Of a stretch of 32,459 nucleotides of DNA, positions 32,339-32,459 are shown piece after piece. The number at the start of each line of letters is the position of its first letter. Position 1 is the first letter of the stretch. Position numbers and translations under genes: made by a program. The notes below the pieces were generated by a model. That model made no database searches and had not been told where the DNA came from. It was given only the letters and a program-made list of their open reading frames with translations. This DNA comes from Dokdonella sp. (GTDB taxonomy: Bacteria; Pseudomonadota; Gammaproteobacteria; Xanthomonadales; Rhodanobacteraceae): assembly GCA_039915385.1 (NCBI GenBank), contig JBDSNK010000073.1, forward strand, positions 1 through 32,459, in the 5' to 3' direction.

Positions 32339-32459
32339 GAGGCTGTAGAAAAACTGGCCCCGATCTTGCTCGCATATAGCGAGGCGATCAAGGGAGTCGG
32401 CGATGGCGCGGTACAAGGTGGTGGACATGAGTCCACGGCTGCTGCCGGTGGACTTGGAA
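32339..32459 (+). mobile_element. IS1182-family left end plus transposase start, copy 2 (runs off window)
   Basis: GAGGCTGTAGAAAA; ATG at 32403, the same 64-nt offset as in copy 1; MARYKVVDMSPRLLPVDLE. Confidence 0.85.

Noticed and set aside
29911-32459. Complete active integron
   Set aside because: No tyrosine recombinase, attI or intact attC is in the window; any intI would lie beyond the right edge.

Overview
This is GC-rich DNA with REP elements and protein families suggesting Xanthomonadales/Rhodanobacteraceae (the taxon is my inference). The region is accessory-rich. It encodes several large secreted repeat proteins (kelch, two choice-of-anchor-Q-like beta-helix proteins, a CBM-like protein, delta-60, BNR/VPS10), plus NADAR, a CsgA-like SDR, a CSS-type EAL phosphodiesterase with an OmpA-like lipoprotein, a TPR-like protein, an M20 peptidase, a LuxR regulator and katG with an OxyR-like box. 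It also holds two REP clusters and a decayed IS3. Two things stand out. (1) At 29911-32459, two integron-type gene cassettes have had their attC interiors replaced by IS ends: an IS1111/IS110 right end next to each R'' box and an IS1182 left end against each R' GTT. Each IS1111 remnant keeps an apparently intact 176-nt bridge/seekRNA-like fold whose loops match attC and the element's own end. (2) Five unrelated proteins share a D/P-x-[IV]-F-x-[ND]-[GR]-F-[EDQ] motif, four at the C-terminus, which looks like a sorting or anchoring tag. No integrase, rRNA, tRNA or CRISPR was seen. All family assignments are by eye; no searches were run.
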